From the NCBI GenBank assembly GCA_963666515.2, contig OY762897.2, forward strand, positions 1,792,001 through 1,856,000: DNA of 64,000 nucleotides. The letters run 5' to 3'. The position numbers and the translations under genes are program-made. Shown piece after piece: positions 20,057 to 28,959 of the stretch. The DNA is from Candidatus Binatia bacterium. GTDB taxonomy: Bacteria > Desulfobacterota > Binatia > UBA9968 > JAJDTQ01. Numbering within the stretch: the first letter of the stretch is position 1; the number at the start of each line of letters is the position of its first letter. The notes under the pieces were generated by a model that had not been told where the DNA came from, did no database searches, and saw only the letters and a list, made by a program, of their open reading frames with translations.

Positions 20057-20926
20057 CTATCCGGCCAGCTCGGCGCGGATGTCGTTGAAGGCCCGGGTCA
20101 ACAGGACCTTGACGATGTGTTCCTTGTATTCGGCCGAGCCGTGGAGGTCGCTGATGGCGTCCGCGGCGCGTCCGGCCATGTCGCCGGCCTCGGCCATGAG
20201 CTGCCCGGCCTCATCCAGGCTCTTTCCCCGCAGCACCGCTTCCGCCTCCTCCACCCGCATGGACTTGGGTCCCACGCAGCCCACCGCGATGCGCACGTCC
20301 TCCACCGACTTCCGCGCCTTGTCCGCCATGACGTGCAGCGCCACGCCCGCGCTGGGACGCTCCAGGTAGCCGAACTTGCGGTAGCGCACCGCGGCGTTGG
20401 CGCCAGGCAGCGGCACCACGATCTCGGTGAGGACCTCGTCCTCCTCGATGGCCGCCTCGTAGGCGTCCACGAAGAACTCGTTCATGGGGATGTCCCGGGA
20501 GCCGCCGGCCTTCTGGGCCACCACCGTGGCGTCCAGGGCCAGGAGCAGCGTGCCCGGATCGGCGTGGGGCTCGGCGAAGGTCAGGTTACCGCCGATGGTT
20601 CCCACCTCGCGCACCCGCAGGTTGGCCACGTTCCGCTCCATCTCCACCAGCACCGGGAGCTTGTCCTGCAGCGTCCCGGACTGTTCGAGCTGCCGGTGGG
20701 TGCTCAGCGCCCCCAGCCTCAGGCTGCCGTTGTCCTGCGTGATCCCGTCCAGGCCGGGTATCTTCTTGACGTTGACGAGGCACTCGAAGTGGACGAGCCC
20801 CTCCTTCATGGCCAGCAGAAGCTCGGTGCCGCCGGCGTAGACCTTGGCCGAGTCGCCATAGCGGGCGAGGGATTCGGACGCCTCCTTGACGCTCTCCGGC
20901 TCTTCCAGACGGAACGGACGCAGCAT
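20057..20926 (-). CDS. Molybdenum hydroxylase FAD-binding medium subunit (CoxM/CutM-like)
   Basis: AGGTEL, GTIGGNL...ADP, DLHGSAEYK. Confidence 0.9.
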   Translation of the reverse strand: MLRPFRLEEPESVKEASESLARYGDSAKVYAGGTELLLAMKEGLVHFECLVNVKKIPGLDGITQDNGSLRLGALSTHRQLEQSGTLQDKLPVLVEMERNVANLRVREVGTIGGNLTFAEPHADPGTLLLALDATVVAQKAGGSRDIPMNEFFVDAYEAAIEEDEVLTEIVVPLPGANAAVRYRKFGYLERPSAGVALHVMADKARKSVEDVRIAVGCVGPKSMRVEEAEAVLRGKSLDEAGQLMAEAGDMAGRAADAISDLHGSAEYKEHIVKVLLTRAFNDIRAELAG

Positions 20927-20929
20927 GGG

Positions 20930-21382
20930 TCAGGCTCCTCCCTCGAGTTCCTGCTTGACCGCCTGGGCGAATTTCGCCATGTCGTTGTCGGCCTTGCGCT
21001 TGATGATGCTGTGGCCCAGGGTGGCGAGCTTGCCGAGGATGTCCACGGAGGCCACCAGCGAGACCTGCGTTGCCTCGCCCCGGTCCTCCAGCGAGACGTC
21101 GAGGTCCACCTTGAGGTGGCTCCCGATCTTGTTGTCGCTGCCGGAGGCGCGGGCCTTGATGCGGTCCTTGGGCTGGTTCTCCACCACCTCGATCTTGATG
21201 GGGAAAGTGACCTTGAAGGGACCCACCCGGGCCACCATCTTGGCAGTGTACTCCTCGCCGGCCTTGACCGTCGAGGCTTCCTCGCAGCCGGGAACGCAGG
21301 CGATCAGCCGGTCCACGTCCCACAGGAAGTCCCAGGCCTTGTCCCGCGGCACTCCGATCTCGATACTGTTCTCGAAATTCAT
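20930..21382 (-). CDS. CoxG/SRPBCC family protein
   Basis: W...CVPG, VGPFK, GKLATLG; next to the coxMS-like genes. Confidence 0.82.
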   Translation of the reverse strand: MNFENSIEIGVPRDKAWDFLWDVDRLIACVPGCEEASTVKAGEEYTAKMVARVGPFKVTFPIKIEVVENQPKDRIKARASGSDNKIGSHLKVDLDVSLEDRGEATQVSLVASVDILGKLATLGHSIIKRKADNDMAKFAQAVKQELEGGA

Positions 21383-21415
21383 AACGGGGTTCTTAGCAGA
21401 ATCCCGCCCGCGACA

Positions 21416-22408
21416 TCAAGCACGCTCGTTGAAGCCTTCGAGCACCTCGAACTCCTGCGACAGGTAGGTCTTGAGCTTCTTCTTGACCCGGTTCTCGATC
21501 TGGCGGACCCGCTCCCGGCTGATGCCGTAGCGCTCGCCGATCTCGCGCAAGGTCAGCGGCTGCTCGGCCATCAGCCGCTCCCGGAAGACCACCAGCTCCT
21601 TGTCCTTGAGACCCTGCCCGAAGGTCTTGAGGCGGTCCTTGACCGCCTGGCGGTACTCGTCCTCGGCCAGACGCTCTTCCGGGGTGGGACTGTCGTCGGT
21701 AAGGGTGTTCAGGAGGGTCGCGGCCTCGCCCTCGCCCACGGGCGCATCGGTGGAGAGGTCCCGGCCCGAGAGCCGCTGGTCCATCTCGATCACCTCGGAC
21801 TCCTTCACGTCCAGCCGCTGGGCGATCAGCTTGGCGCCGGGCACGAAGCCCTCGGCTTCGAGCTTCTCCTTCTCCTTCTGGAGGTTGAAGAACAGCCGGC
21901 GCTGGGCCTGGGTGGTCCCCAGCTTGACCATGCGCCAGTTGTTCATGAGGTAGCGGATGATGTAGGCGCGTATCCACCAGACCGCGTAGGACGGGAATCG
22001 GACGCCGCGGTAGGGATCGAAGTTCTTGAGGCTCTCCATGAGCCCGATGTTGCCCTCCTGTATCAGGTCCAGGAGGTTGCGGAAGGCCCGCTCGTACTCC
22101 CGGGCGATCATCACCACCAGGCGCAGGTTCGCCCGCACCAGCTTGTAGGCGGCCTCGACGTCGCCGAACTGCTTGTACTGGACGGCCAGCTCGTGCTCTT
22201 CCTCGCGGGTGAGCACCGGGTAGCGGCGGATCTCGGAGAGATAGCGCTGCAGCGCATCGAAGGGGACCAGCGCGCCGGACGGCTCCTGCTCCTCGCCGGC
22301 GCCGTCCGCGACCTCGTCGATCTCGTCCGGCAGCAACGCTTCGGCGGCCGCGTCCTCGGCCGGAGCGTCGCTCTCCTCGACTACCTCGATGGGCGGGTAA
22401 GTGGCCAT
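21416..22408 (-). CDS. rpoH: RNA polymerase sigma factor RpoH (sigma-32 family)
   Basis: RpoH box NWRMVKLGTTQAQRRLFFNL; DLIQEGNIGLM; ISRERVRQIE. Confidence 0.9.
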   Translation of the reverse strand: MATYPPIEVVEESDAPAEDAAAEALLPDEIDEVADGAGEEQEPSGALVPFDALQRYLSEIRRYPVLTREEEHELAVQYKQFGDVEAAYKLVRANLRLVVMIAREYERAFRNLLDLIQEGNIGLMESLKNFDPYRGVRFPSYAVWWIRAYIIRYLMNNWRMVKLGTTQAQRRLFFNLQKEKEKLEAEGFVPGAKLIAQRLDVKESEVIEMDQRLSGRDLSTDAPVGEGEAATLLNTLTDDSPTPEERLAEDEYRQAVKDRLKTFGQGLKDKELVVFRERLMAEQPLTLREIGERYGISRERVRQIENRVKKKLKTYLSQEFEVLEGFNERA

Positions 22409-22464
22409 GTCGTCACGCTGAATGTACCGTTTTTACGGGGTTTTCTCAAGAACGCGGCGTCACC

Positions 22465-22493
22465 TTGACATGACGCACGGGGGACCCTATCCT
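22465..22493 (+). promoter_or_regulatory. sigma70-type promoter, probably for a leaderless transcript
   Basis: TTGACA-17 nt-TATCCT, then 8 nt to ATG 22502; no SD. Confidence 0.6.
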
Positions 22494-22501
22494 AACCCAT
22501 C

Positions 22502-22981
22502 ATGGCACTTTCAGAGACCATCACAGGCTGGTTCGACCGCAACCGGGCCAAGCGGGAGGAACGCACCACACGCACCGTGCTGGCCGACGACTACCGGGAA
22601 CTGGCCCGCCTTGCCAACCAACTCAAGCTGCACGCGGAAAAGGCCCCCTACCCCTTCGTGGGCGAGCGGCTGAGGGAGATGGCCGCGGAAAAGGAAAAGA
22701 GCATCGGGCTCTTGTTCGAGAACATCGAGCAGCTCGGCGCCCGGGTCGCCAAGTTCGATTCGAGCATCCCGTCCGGCAGGAACCACTGGGAACGGATGCA
22801 CCAGGACGTGGAGGACCAGAAGCGGGTGGAGGCGAGGCTCACGGACGACGTCTCCTATCTGGCGCTGGAAGCGCCGGAGCACAGTCAACTGCTCCGGCAA
22901 CTGGTGGAGGTCGAGCGCCGTCACAAGGCGGAGCTGCTGGACCTGCTGGCCAAGGCCGACCCTCAGGCCGAACAAACGTAA
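22502..22981 (+). CDS. Hypothetical helical protein (possibly ferritin-like)
   Basis: Coding-like ORF with ExxH (ERRH) and four-helix character. Confidence 0.6.
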   Translation: MALSETITGWFDRNRAKREERTTRTVLADDYRELARLANQLKLHAEKAPYPFVGERLREMAAEKEKSIGLLFENIEQLGARVAKFDSSIPSGRNHWERMHQDVEDQKRVEARLTDDVSYLALEAPEHSQLLRQLVEVERRHKAELLDLLAKADPQAEQT

Positions 22982-23030
22982 AGTCTCACCTCAGATTCTC
23001 GCCGATAACCTCCCCCAAAGGAAGTGTCCA

Positions 23031-23432
23031 TCAGTCGATCACGGCGAGCCCGGACACCTCGACCATGCAGTCCGGGTTGTAGAGTCCCGATACCTGAACC
23101 AGGGTAATCGCGGGAAAGTGTTTCCCGAAGATCGCCCGGTAGGAAGCGCCGATCTCCTTGCGGTTGTCGTGGTAGGCCTTGACGTCGGTCACGTACATCG
23201 TCAGCGTCGCGTAGTCCTGGGGACGGCCGCCGGCCCCTTCGATGGCCGTCCGCAGGTTCTCCCACACCTGCCGGAACTGGGCCGCGAAATCGCCCTTGCC
23301 GACCACCTCTCCGTCCGCGTTGAACGGCGCCTGCCCCGCCACCTGCACCAGCCGGCCCGAAGAGACCCTGGCCAAGTGCGAGTATCCCACGGGATTCTCA
23401 AGCCCGCTCGGATTGATCAGATCGAATGCGAT
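23031..23432 (-). CDS. RidA/YjgF/UK114 family protein (apparent ATC start)
   Basis: GYSH, VAGQ, FPAITLVQVSGL, VEV; AAGGAGG 6 nt before ATC. Confidence 0.85.
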   Translation of the reverse strand: MAFDLINPSGLENPVGYSHLARVSSGRLVQVAGQAPFNADGEVVGKGDFAAQFRQVWENLRTAIEGAGGRPQDYATLTMYVTDVKAYHDNRKEIGASYRAIFGKHFPAITLVQVSGLYNPDCMVEVSGLAVID

Positions 23433-23551
23433 GACGCGCCTCCTTCGTTCGGCTCGAACCCGTTCCCCAGGTTCACGCCATTCCTTAAGAATCCCGTAGC
23501 GGGTAGTCAAGTACCCGAAAGCCGTGAAAGCCGTTTTTCTTCCGCCCGGCC

Positions 23552-24550
23552 TCACCGGCGCCCGAACGCGCGAATGAACTCCCCGATCTCCCCCACCACG
23601 TCGTCCGTGCACGGCACGTAGGGAAGGATCACCCGGGTGGCGCCGGCTTCGCCGTACGCCTTCACCTGCTCCAGGACCTCCGCCACCGACTCCCCCGCCA
23701 CCAGCGGCAGGCCGTCCAGCAGCCGGTCCGTGACCTGCCCGGTGGCGGCCTGGAAACCGGACGCCCGCCAGGCCTCCCGGATCGCCGCGACCTCGTCACC
23801 GAAGCCCATGCGCGCCAGCAGATCCCGGTAGTAGTCGGCCAGCGCGTAGTAGGTCAGGATGCGCCCCAGCGCCCGGCGCGCCGCTCCCCTGTCCCCGGCG
23901 ACACAGCACCGCACCTTGCAGATGATCTCCAGCGCCGCCGGGTCCTTGCCGGCCAGCCGCGCCCCTTCCCGGGCGTTCTCGACGATGCGGCGGATCTCCC
24001 CCGGGTTGGCCATGTTTATGAGCACGCCATCGCTCAACCGACCGGCCAGACGGCTCATCTGCGGCCCGAATGCCGCCACGTAGACCGGAATGCGCCGCTC
24101 CGAGGGCTTGAACGCCAGCTTGAAGGCGCGGGCCTGGTAGAACCGGCCCTGGTAGTCGAGCTTCTCGCCCCGGAGGGCCGCGCCGACGATCTCCAGGTAC
24201 TCCCGGATGCGCGCCAGCGGCCGGTCGAACTCCACCCCGTGCCAGTCGGCGATGGTCGGATTGGAGATGCCGAGGCCGAACAGGAACCGCCCGCCCGACA
24301 GCTCGTCGAGGCCGGCGGCATGGAGCGCCATGCTCACCGGGGTCCGGCCCAGCATGTGGTAGACCGCCGTGCCCAACTCCAGCCGGGCGGTCACCGCGGC
24401 CGCCGCCGCCAGCATCACCGTCGGGTCCTTGTTGTTGGCCTCGCCGCCCCAGGCGCAGCCGAACCCGCTGTCCTCCGCGGCCCGGGCCAGGGCGGGAATG
24501 GCGTCCATGGGAAGCTGGGCGCCGGAGTTGAATTCGATGTCGAGCTTCAT
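23552..24550 (-). CDS. LLM-class flavin/F420-dependent oxidoreductase
   Basis: AEDSGF, LDELSGGRFLFGLG, AAFGPQMSRLAG. Confidence 0.88.
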   Translation of the reverse strand: MKLDIEFNSGAQLPMDAIPALARAAEDSGFGCAWGGEANNKDPTVMLAAAAAVTARLELGTAVYHMLGRTPVSMALHAAGLDELSGGRFLFGLGISNPTIADWHGVEFDRPLARIREYLEIVGAALRGEKLDYQGRFYQARAFKLAFKPSERRIPVYVAAFGPQMSRLAGRLSDGVLINMANPGEIRRIVENAREGARLAGKDPAALEIICKVRCCVAGDRGAARRALGRILTYYALADYYRDLLARMGFGDEVAAIREAWRASGFQAATGQVTDRLLDGLPLVAGESVAEVLEQVKAYGEAGATRVILPYVPCTDDVVGEIGEFIRAFGRR

Positions 24551-24645
24551 GGGGTCTCCAGGAAATGATGCGGTTAGCACCGCCTCACCCCGCGGTCAAG
24601 CGTCACGTCTTGAAACTCGGGGATGTATCCATTAGTTACCGTGCC

Positions 24646-25563
24646 ATGATCATCGACGCTCACGCCCATCTGGTGCCGCAAGGCTGGTACCACCCCAAGT
24701 CGCCGCAGGCCATCTTCGACATCCCGCGTCTGCGGGACGAGCAGCAGCAGGCCGGGGTAGACCTGACGATCTTCGGCAACAACTGGATCCGCACGCCCGC
24801 GGGCAAGGACCCCTTCGACATCGTGACGGAGTTCAACGCGTTCGCGGCCGAGACCACCGCCAAGCATTCGGACTACCTGCTGGGGCTGGCCTGCTCGGTG
24901 CCCTTCGGCGGCGACAAGTTCCTCAAGGAGACCGAGCGGGCGGTGCGCGAATACGGGCTCAAGGGGATCATGATCAACTCGAGCGTCGACGGAGAGTACC
25001 TGGACTCGCCCAACGCCGTGCCGTTCTTCGAGTTGGTGACGGACCTCGACGTGCCGCTGTTCGTGCACCCGCCCCGGGTCACCATCGGCGCGGAGAAGAT
25101 GGAGATCTTCCGGTTGCCCGAGATGGTCGGGCGGCCCTTCGACACTACCCTCTCGCTGTCGCGCTTCATCCTAACCGGCGGCTTCGAGCGGTTTCCGGAC
25201 CTCGTCATGATCTGCTCCCACGTCGGCGGCGCCCTGCCGATGCTGCCCGGACGCCTGGACTTCGGCTACGAGCTGCGCAAGGACGACAGCTTCGGCCCCT
25301 GGGAGCCCGACGTGCTGCCGCGGGCGCCGAGCACCTACATCGAGCAGCTCTACTACGACACGGTGAGCCTCCACGCCCCGGCTGTCACCTGCGCGGTGGA
25401 GACCGCGGGCGCGGACCACGTCCTGTTCGGCAGCGACTTCCCGCCGGTGCCGATTCCCCTGGAGCGCTCGGTGGACGCCGTGCGGGACGTCCGCCTGCCC
25501 GACTCGGACAAGCAGAAGATCCTGGGCGGCAACACCGCGAGGCTGCTACGGCTGGGACAATAG
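24646..25563 (+). CDS. Amidohydrolase_2 family protein (ACMSD-like)
   Basis: IDAHAH, FVHP, SHVGG, FGSDFP. Confidence 0.88.
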   Translation: MIIDAHAHLVPQGWYHPKSPQAIFDIPRLRDEQQQAGVDLTIFGNNWIRTPAGKDPFDIVTEFNAFAAETTAKHSDYLLGLACSVPFGGDKFLKETERAVREYGLKGIMINSSVDGEYLDSPNAVPFFELVTDLDVPLFVHPPRVTIGAEKMEIFRLPEMVGRPFDTTLSLSRFILTGGFERFPDLVMICSHVGGALPMLPGRLDFGYELRKDDSFGPWEPDVLPRAPSTYIEQLYYDTVSLHAPAVTCAVETAGADHVLFGSDFPPVPIPLERSVDAVRDVRLPDSDKQKILGGNTARLLRLGQ

Positions 25564-25624
25564 CACGGGGCGGCCGATGGCCCGACCTCTCCTTTCGGGG
25601 CCGCCCGGCATGGACGCCCGGCCG

Positions 25625-26098
25625 TCAACCCAACACGAGGAACAGGCAGATGTGGGCCGTCAGGTTCGCGTAGACCCCGGCCGCGACGTCGTCCATCATG
25701 ACGTTCCAGGGTCCCGGACGGCGGTCGAAGAACGAGACCGGCGGGGGCTTCCACACGTCGAAGAGGCGGAACAGGACGAACGCGGCGAGCATGTATTCCC
25801 AGCGGCCCGCGTAACCGACGCTGACGAGCGCGATCCACTGTCCCGCCACCTCGTCGCACACGACATGGGACGGGTCCTTCGGTCCGCCGTCGGCGTGAAG
25901 CACGACCGCGGTGGCGACCCCGCCCAGGATGAACACGGCGACGGTGACTGGCACCAGGACCGGGCCCTGCTGGATTGGCACGACGAGTGCATAGACCATA
26001 ACCGCGAAGGCGCTGGCGGCCGTACCCGGGGCCACGGGAAAGAATCCCAGATAGCCGACGCTGGCCACGGCCGTGGCCCATGTTGAATTCCGCTCCAT
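25625..26098 (-). CDS. pgpA: Phosphatidylglycerophosphatase A
   Basis: APGT, DPSHVVCDEVAG, FRLFDVWKP, MMDDVAAG. Confidence 0.92.
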   Translation of the reverse strand: MERNSTWATAVASVGYLGFFPVAPGTAASAFAVMVYALVVPIQQGPVLVPVTVAVFILGGVATAVVLHADGGPKDPSHVVCDEVAGQWIALVSVGYAGRWEYMLAAFVLFRLFDVWKPPPVSFFDRRPGPWNVMMDDVAAGVYANLTAHICLFLVLG

Positions 26099-28517
26099 GA
26101 ATCTTCCGGCACTCCTGCTGACGCCGTTGCTGCGGCTGATGGCGCGCAGGAACCTCCCGAAACGCCAGGGCACGGTCCAGCTCCCGGGCCTCCACAAAGA
26201 CGTCCAGGTCCGCTGGGACCCCTTTGCGATACCCCATATTTCCGCCGAGAACGAGACCGACCTGTTCTTCGCCCAAGGGTACCTGCACGCCCAGGACCGC
26301 CTGTGGCAAATGGACCTCAACCGGCGCTTCTTCAGCGGCCGGCTGGCCGAGGTCTTCGGCGACAGGCCGCTGCTGCGGGGCGATTTCACGCGGCACCTGC
26401 GATCCAGCAACATGGCGGGTGTCGACCACTTCATCCGCCTGCTCGGTCTCAGGCATACGGCAACGCTCTCGCTGCCGCTGCTGTCGGAGCGATCGGCCTG
26501 GGCCGTCGAGGCCTACTGCGCCGGCGTCAACGCCTACATGGACCGGCCGCGGCGCCGCCTGCCCGTGGAGTACCGGCTGCTCCGCCACCAGCCCGCCCCG
26601 TGGGAACCGGCCGACTGCCTGGTGCTCGTCAAGGGCTTCGCGCTGATGCTCTCGTCGGCCCTCGTCACACGGCTCACCTTTCTAGCACTCCACGGCCGCC
26701 TGGAGAACGACCCCGACAAGCTGCGCTCCCTGATGCCGCGTTATCCGTCCTGGGGGCCCACCACGACCCGCGCCCTGGCGGACCACGGCGCCGCGCTGCT
26801 CCGCTTCGTCAACGACAGCTTCGCCGACAACCCCTTGACCCCCAGGGGCCAGGGCAGCAACGGCTGGGCCGTCGACGCCGCGCATTCGGGCGAGGACCAT
26901 GCGCTCCTGTGCAACGACATGCACCTGCGGATGACGCTGCCCGGCGTCTGGTATCTGAATCACCTGCGGACCGAATCCGAAGCCGCCGGGACTCAACCCT
27001 TCGAGGCGTCGGGCGTATCGCTGCCGGGATCACCTCTCGTCTGCGTCGGCCACAACCAGGACATTGCCTGGGGCTTCATCGCCGCCCTGTGCGATGACGG
27101 CGACCTCTACCGGGAGCGGATTCATCCCGAAGAGCCGGAGCTGTACCGCACGCCGGACGGCTGGGCCAAGTTCGAGCGCCGGCCCGAAACCATCACGGTC
27201 CGTGGCGGCCGCCCGGTGGAAGTCGTGATCCGGCACACCCGGCACGGCCCGGTGCTGTCGGACATCCTTCCGCCACAGACACACGATCCTGACGGTCCGG
27301 ACCGGGAGGTGCTGTCGTTCCAATGGATCGCACACACGCCGGGAAACGAGCTGGGGCTGCTGGACGGCGTCAACCGGGCACGCGACTGGAGCGAATTTCT
27401 GTCGGGCATGGCGCATCATGTCACGCCCTCGCTCAACTGCGTCTACGCCGACAACCGTGGCAACATCGGCTACACCCTGATCGGTCAAGTGCCGTTGCGT
27501 GCACGCCAGGAACCCTCGTGGCTGCCACTGGAAGGGTGGAACGCGGCCCATGACTGGACCAGCACCATCCCCTTCGAAGAGGTGCCGCGCCTCTACAACC
27601 CGCCCGGGGGCCTCGTCGCCAATGCCAACAACCGCGTCGCGGACACGGGCTACCCCTACTACCTGTCCGACCTGTTCGAGCCCCCGTACCGCATCGAGCG
27701 CATCCGCCATCTGCTCACGCGCCAGAAGCGCATGGACATGGAAACCATGGCCCGGATCCAGCTCGACACCCGGTCGGTCCAGGCCGAACGGCTCTTGAAC
27801 GCCCTGCGCCCCGAGCTGCGCGAGATCGCCCGCGAAGAGCCGTCCTTACGCCTCTGTGTGGAACTGCTGGAGGAATGGGACTACGACTGCCACGCCGAAT
27901 CCGCAGGCTCCGCCCTCTTCCACGTCCTCTACCACCGGCTCATGCGGAACATCTGGGAAAAGGACCTCGGCGAGGAGTTGTTCCAGAGCTACGCGGAGAT
28001 CCTGAACCAGGCGGTGGCGCCCTTCGACGACATCCTGGTGGACCCCGGGTCCGTGTGGTTCAAAGACACCTCCCGCAAGGAGGTGCTCGCGGCGAGCCTC
28101 CGGGAAGCCCAGGCCGAACTCGCGAAGCAGCAGGGTCCCGACCCTGCCAAATGGTCCTGGGGCCGTCTCCACACCCTCACGCTGGCCCACGCCCTGGGAA
28201 ACAACAAGTGGCTGGCCCCGTTCTTCTCGCTCGGCCCCTACCCCGTCAACGGCGACGGTGTCACCGTCAGCAACTCCTACTACCGCCACTCCCGCCCCTA
28301 CGATCAGGCCGTCGGCGCATCCATGCGGATGCTGGTGACACTGAGCGACCCGATCCGCTCAAGCTTCGTTATCGTACCGGGCCAAGCGGGTAATCCGGTA
28401 TCGCCGCACTACCGCGACCAAGTCGAGCCGTGGCGCACCGGCCGGACAATCCCTTTCACTGGGTTCGAGACGAAGATGAAAGACTGGCTCCTGCTGTTGC
28501 TACGGTCAGGGGCGTGA
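26097..28517 (+). CDS. Penicillin acylase family Ntn hydrolase
   Basis: IPHI, QGYLHAQDRLWQMD, GSNGW (beta-chain Ser), GQAGNPVSPHYRDQ; start could be 26139. Confidence 0.92.
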   Translation: MNLPALLLTPLLRLMARRNLPKRQGTVQLPGLHKDVQVRWDPFAIPHISAENETDLFFAQGYLHAQDRLWQMDLNRRFFSGRLAEVFGDRPLLRGDFTRHLRSSNMAGVDHFIRLLGLRHTATLSLPLLSERSAWAVEAYCAGVNAYMDRPRRRLPVEYRLLRHQPAPWEPADCLVLVKGFALMLSSALVTRLTFLALHGRLENDPDKLRSLMPRYPSWGPTTTRALADHGAALLRFVNDSFADNPLTPRGQGSNGWAVDAAHSGEDHALLCNDMHLRMTLPGVWYLNHLRTESEAAGTQPFEASGVSLPGSPLVCVGHNQDIAWGFIAALCDDGDLYRERIHPEEPELYRTPDGWAKFERRPETITVRGGRPVEVVIRHTRHGPVLSDILPPQTHDPDGPDREVLSFQWIAHTPGNELGLLDGVNRARDWSEFLSGMAHHVTPSLNCVYADNRGNIGYTLIGQVPLRARQEPSWLPLEGWNAAHDWTSTIPFEEVPRLYNPPGGLVANANNRVADTGYPYYLSDLFEPPYRIERIRHLLTRQKRMDMETMARIQLDTRSVQAERLLNALRPELREIAREEPSLRLCVELLEEWDYDCHAESAGSALFHVLYHRLMRNIWEKDLGEELFQSYAEILNQAVAPFDDILVDPGSVWFKDTSRKEVLAASLREAQAELAKQQGPDPAKWSWGRLHTLTLAHALGNNKWLAPFFSLGPYPVNGDGVTVSNSYYRHSRPYDQAVGASMRMLVTLSDPIRSSFVIVPGQAGNPVSPHYRDQVEPWRTGRTIPFTGFETKMKDWLLLLLRSGA

Positions 28518-28620
28518 GATCGATTTATGGAACACAAATTTTCTAAATCGCTTGAAATCTGCTAGAATGATCTATAAATAAGGCATGGAGCCGCCTTGAA
28601 ATCTATTGATGGAACAAAAC

Positions 28621-28959
28621 ATGGCAAAGCCCACGCACAGAAGCTATTCCCGCTATGCCCGCGAAGCCGCCGAGCTTCTCGGGCTGATGATCCGTAACGC
28701 GCGCATCGAACGCGACATCACAGTCGCCGATGTCGCCGAACGCGCCGGGACTTCGCGCGGCCTCGTGCATCGTATCGAAAAAGGCGAAATGGGCTCCTCC
28801 ATCGGTGCGGCCTTCGAGATAGCCGCCATTGTCGGGCTGCGCCTGTTCGAAGCCGAACCGACAACGCTGACGCGCCATTTGTCGATGGAACGCGACAAGC
28901 TCACCATGCTGCCGCAATCCGTCCGCACGGGAACGACGAAGGTGAAAGATGACTTCTGA
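28621..28959 (+). CDS. Xre/HipB-like HTH antitoxin
   Basis: VAERAGTSRGLVHRIEKG HTH; overlaps the hipA start. Confidence 0.85.
   Translation: MAKPTHRSYSRYAREAAELLGLMIRNARIERDITVADVAERAGTSRGLVHRIEKGEMGSSIGAAFEIAAIVGLRLFEAEPTTLTRHLSMERDKLTMLPQSVRTGTTKVKDDF

Noticed and set aside
19976-22468. 830-aa plus-strand ORF, tempting as the missing CoxL by size
   Set aside because: Shadow of coxM, coxG and rpoH; no molybdopterin-binding motifs.
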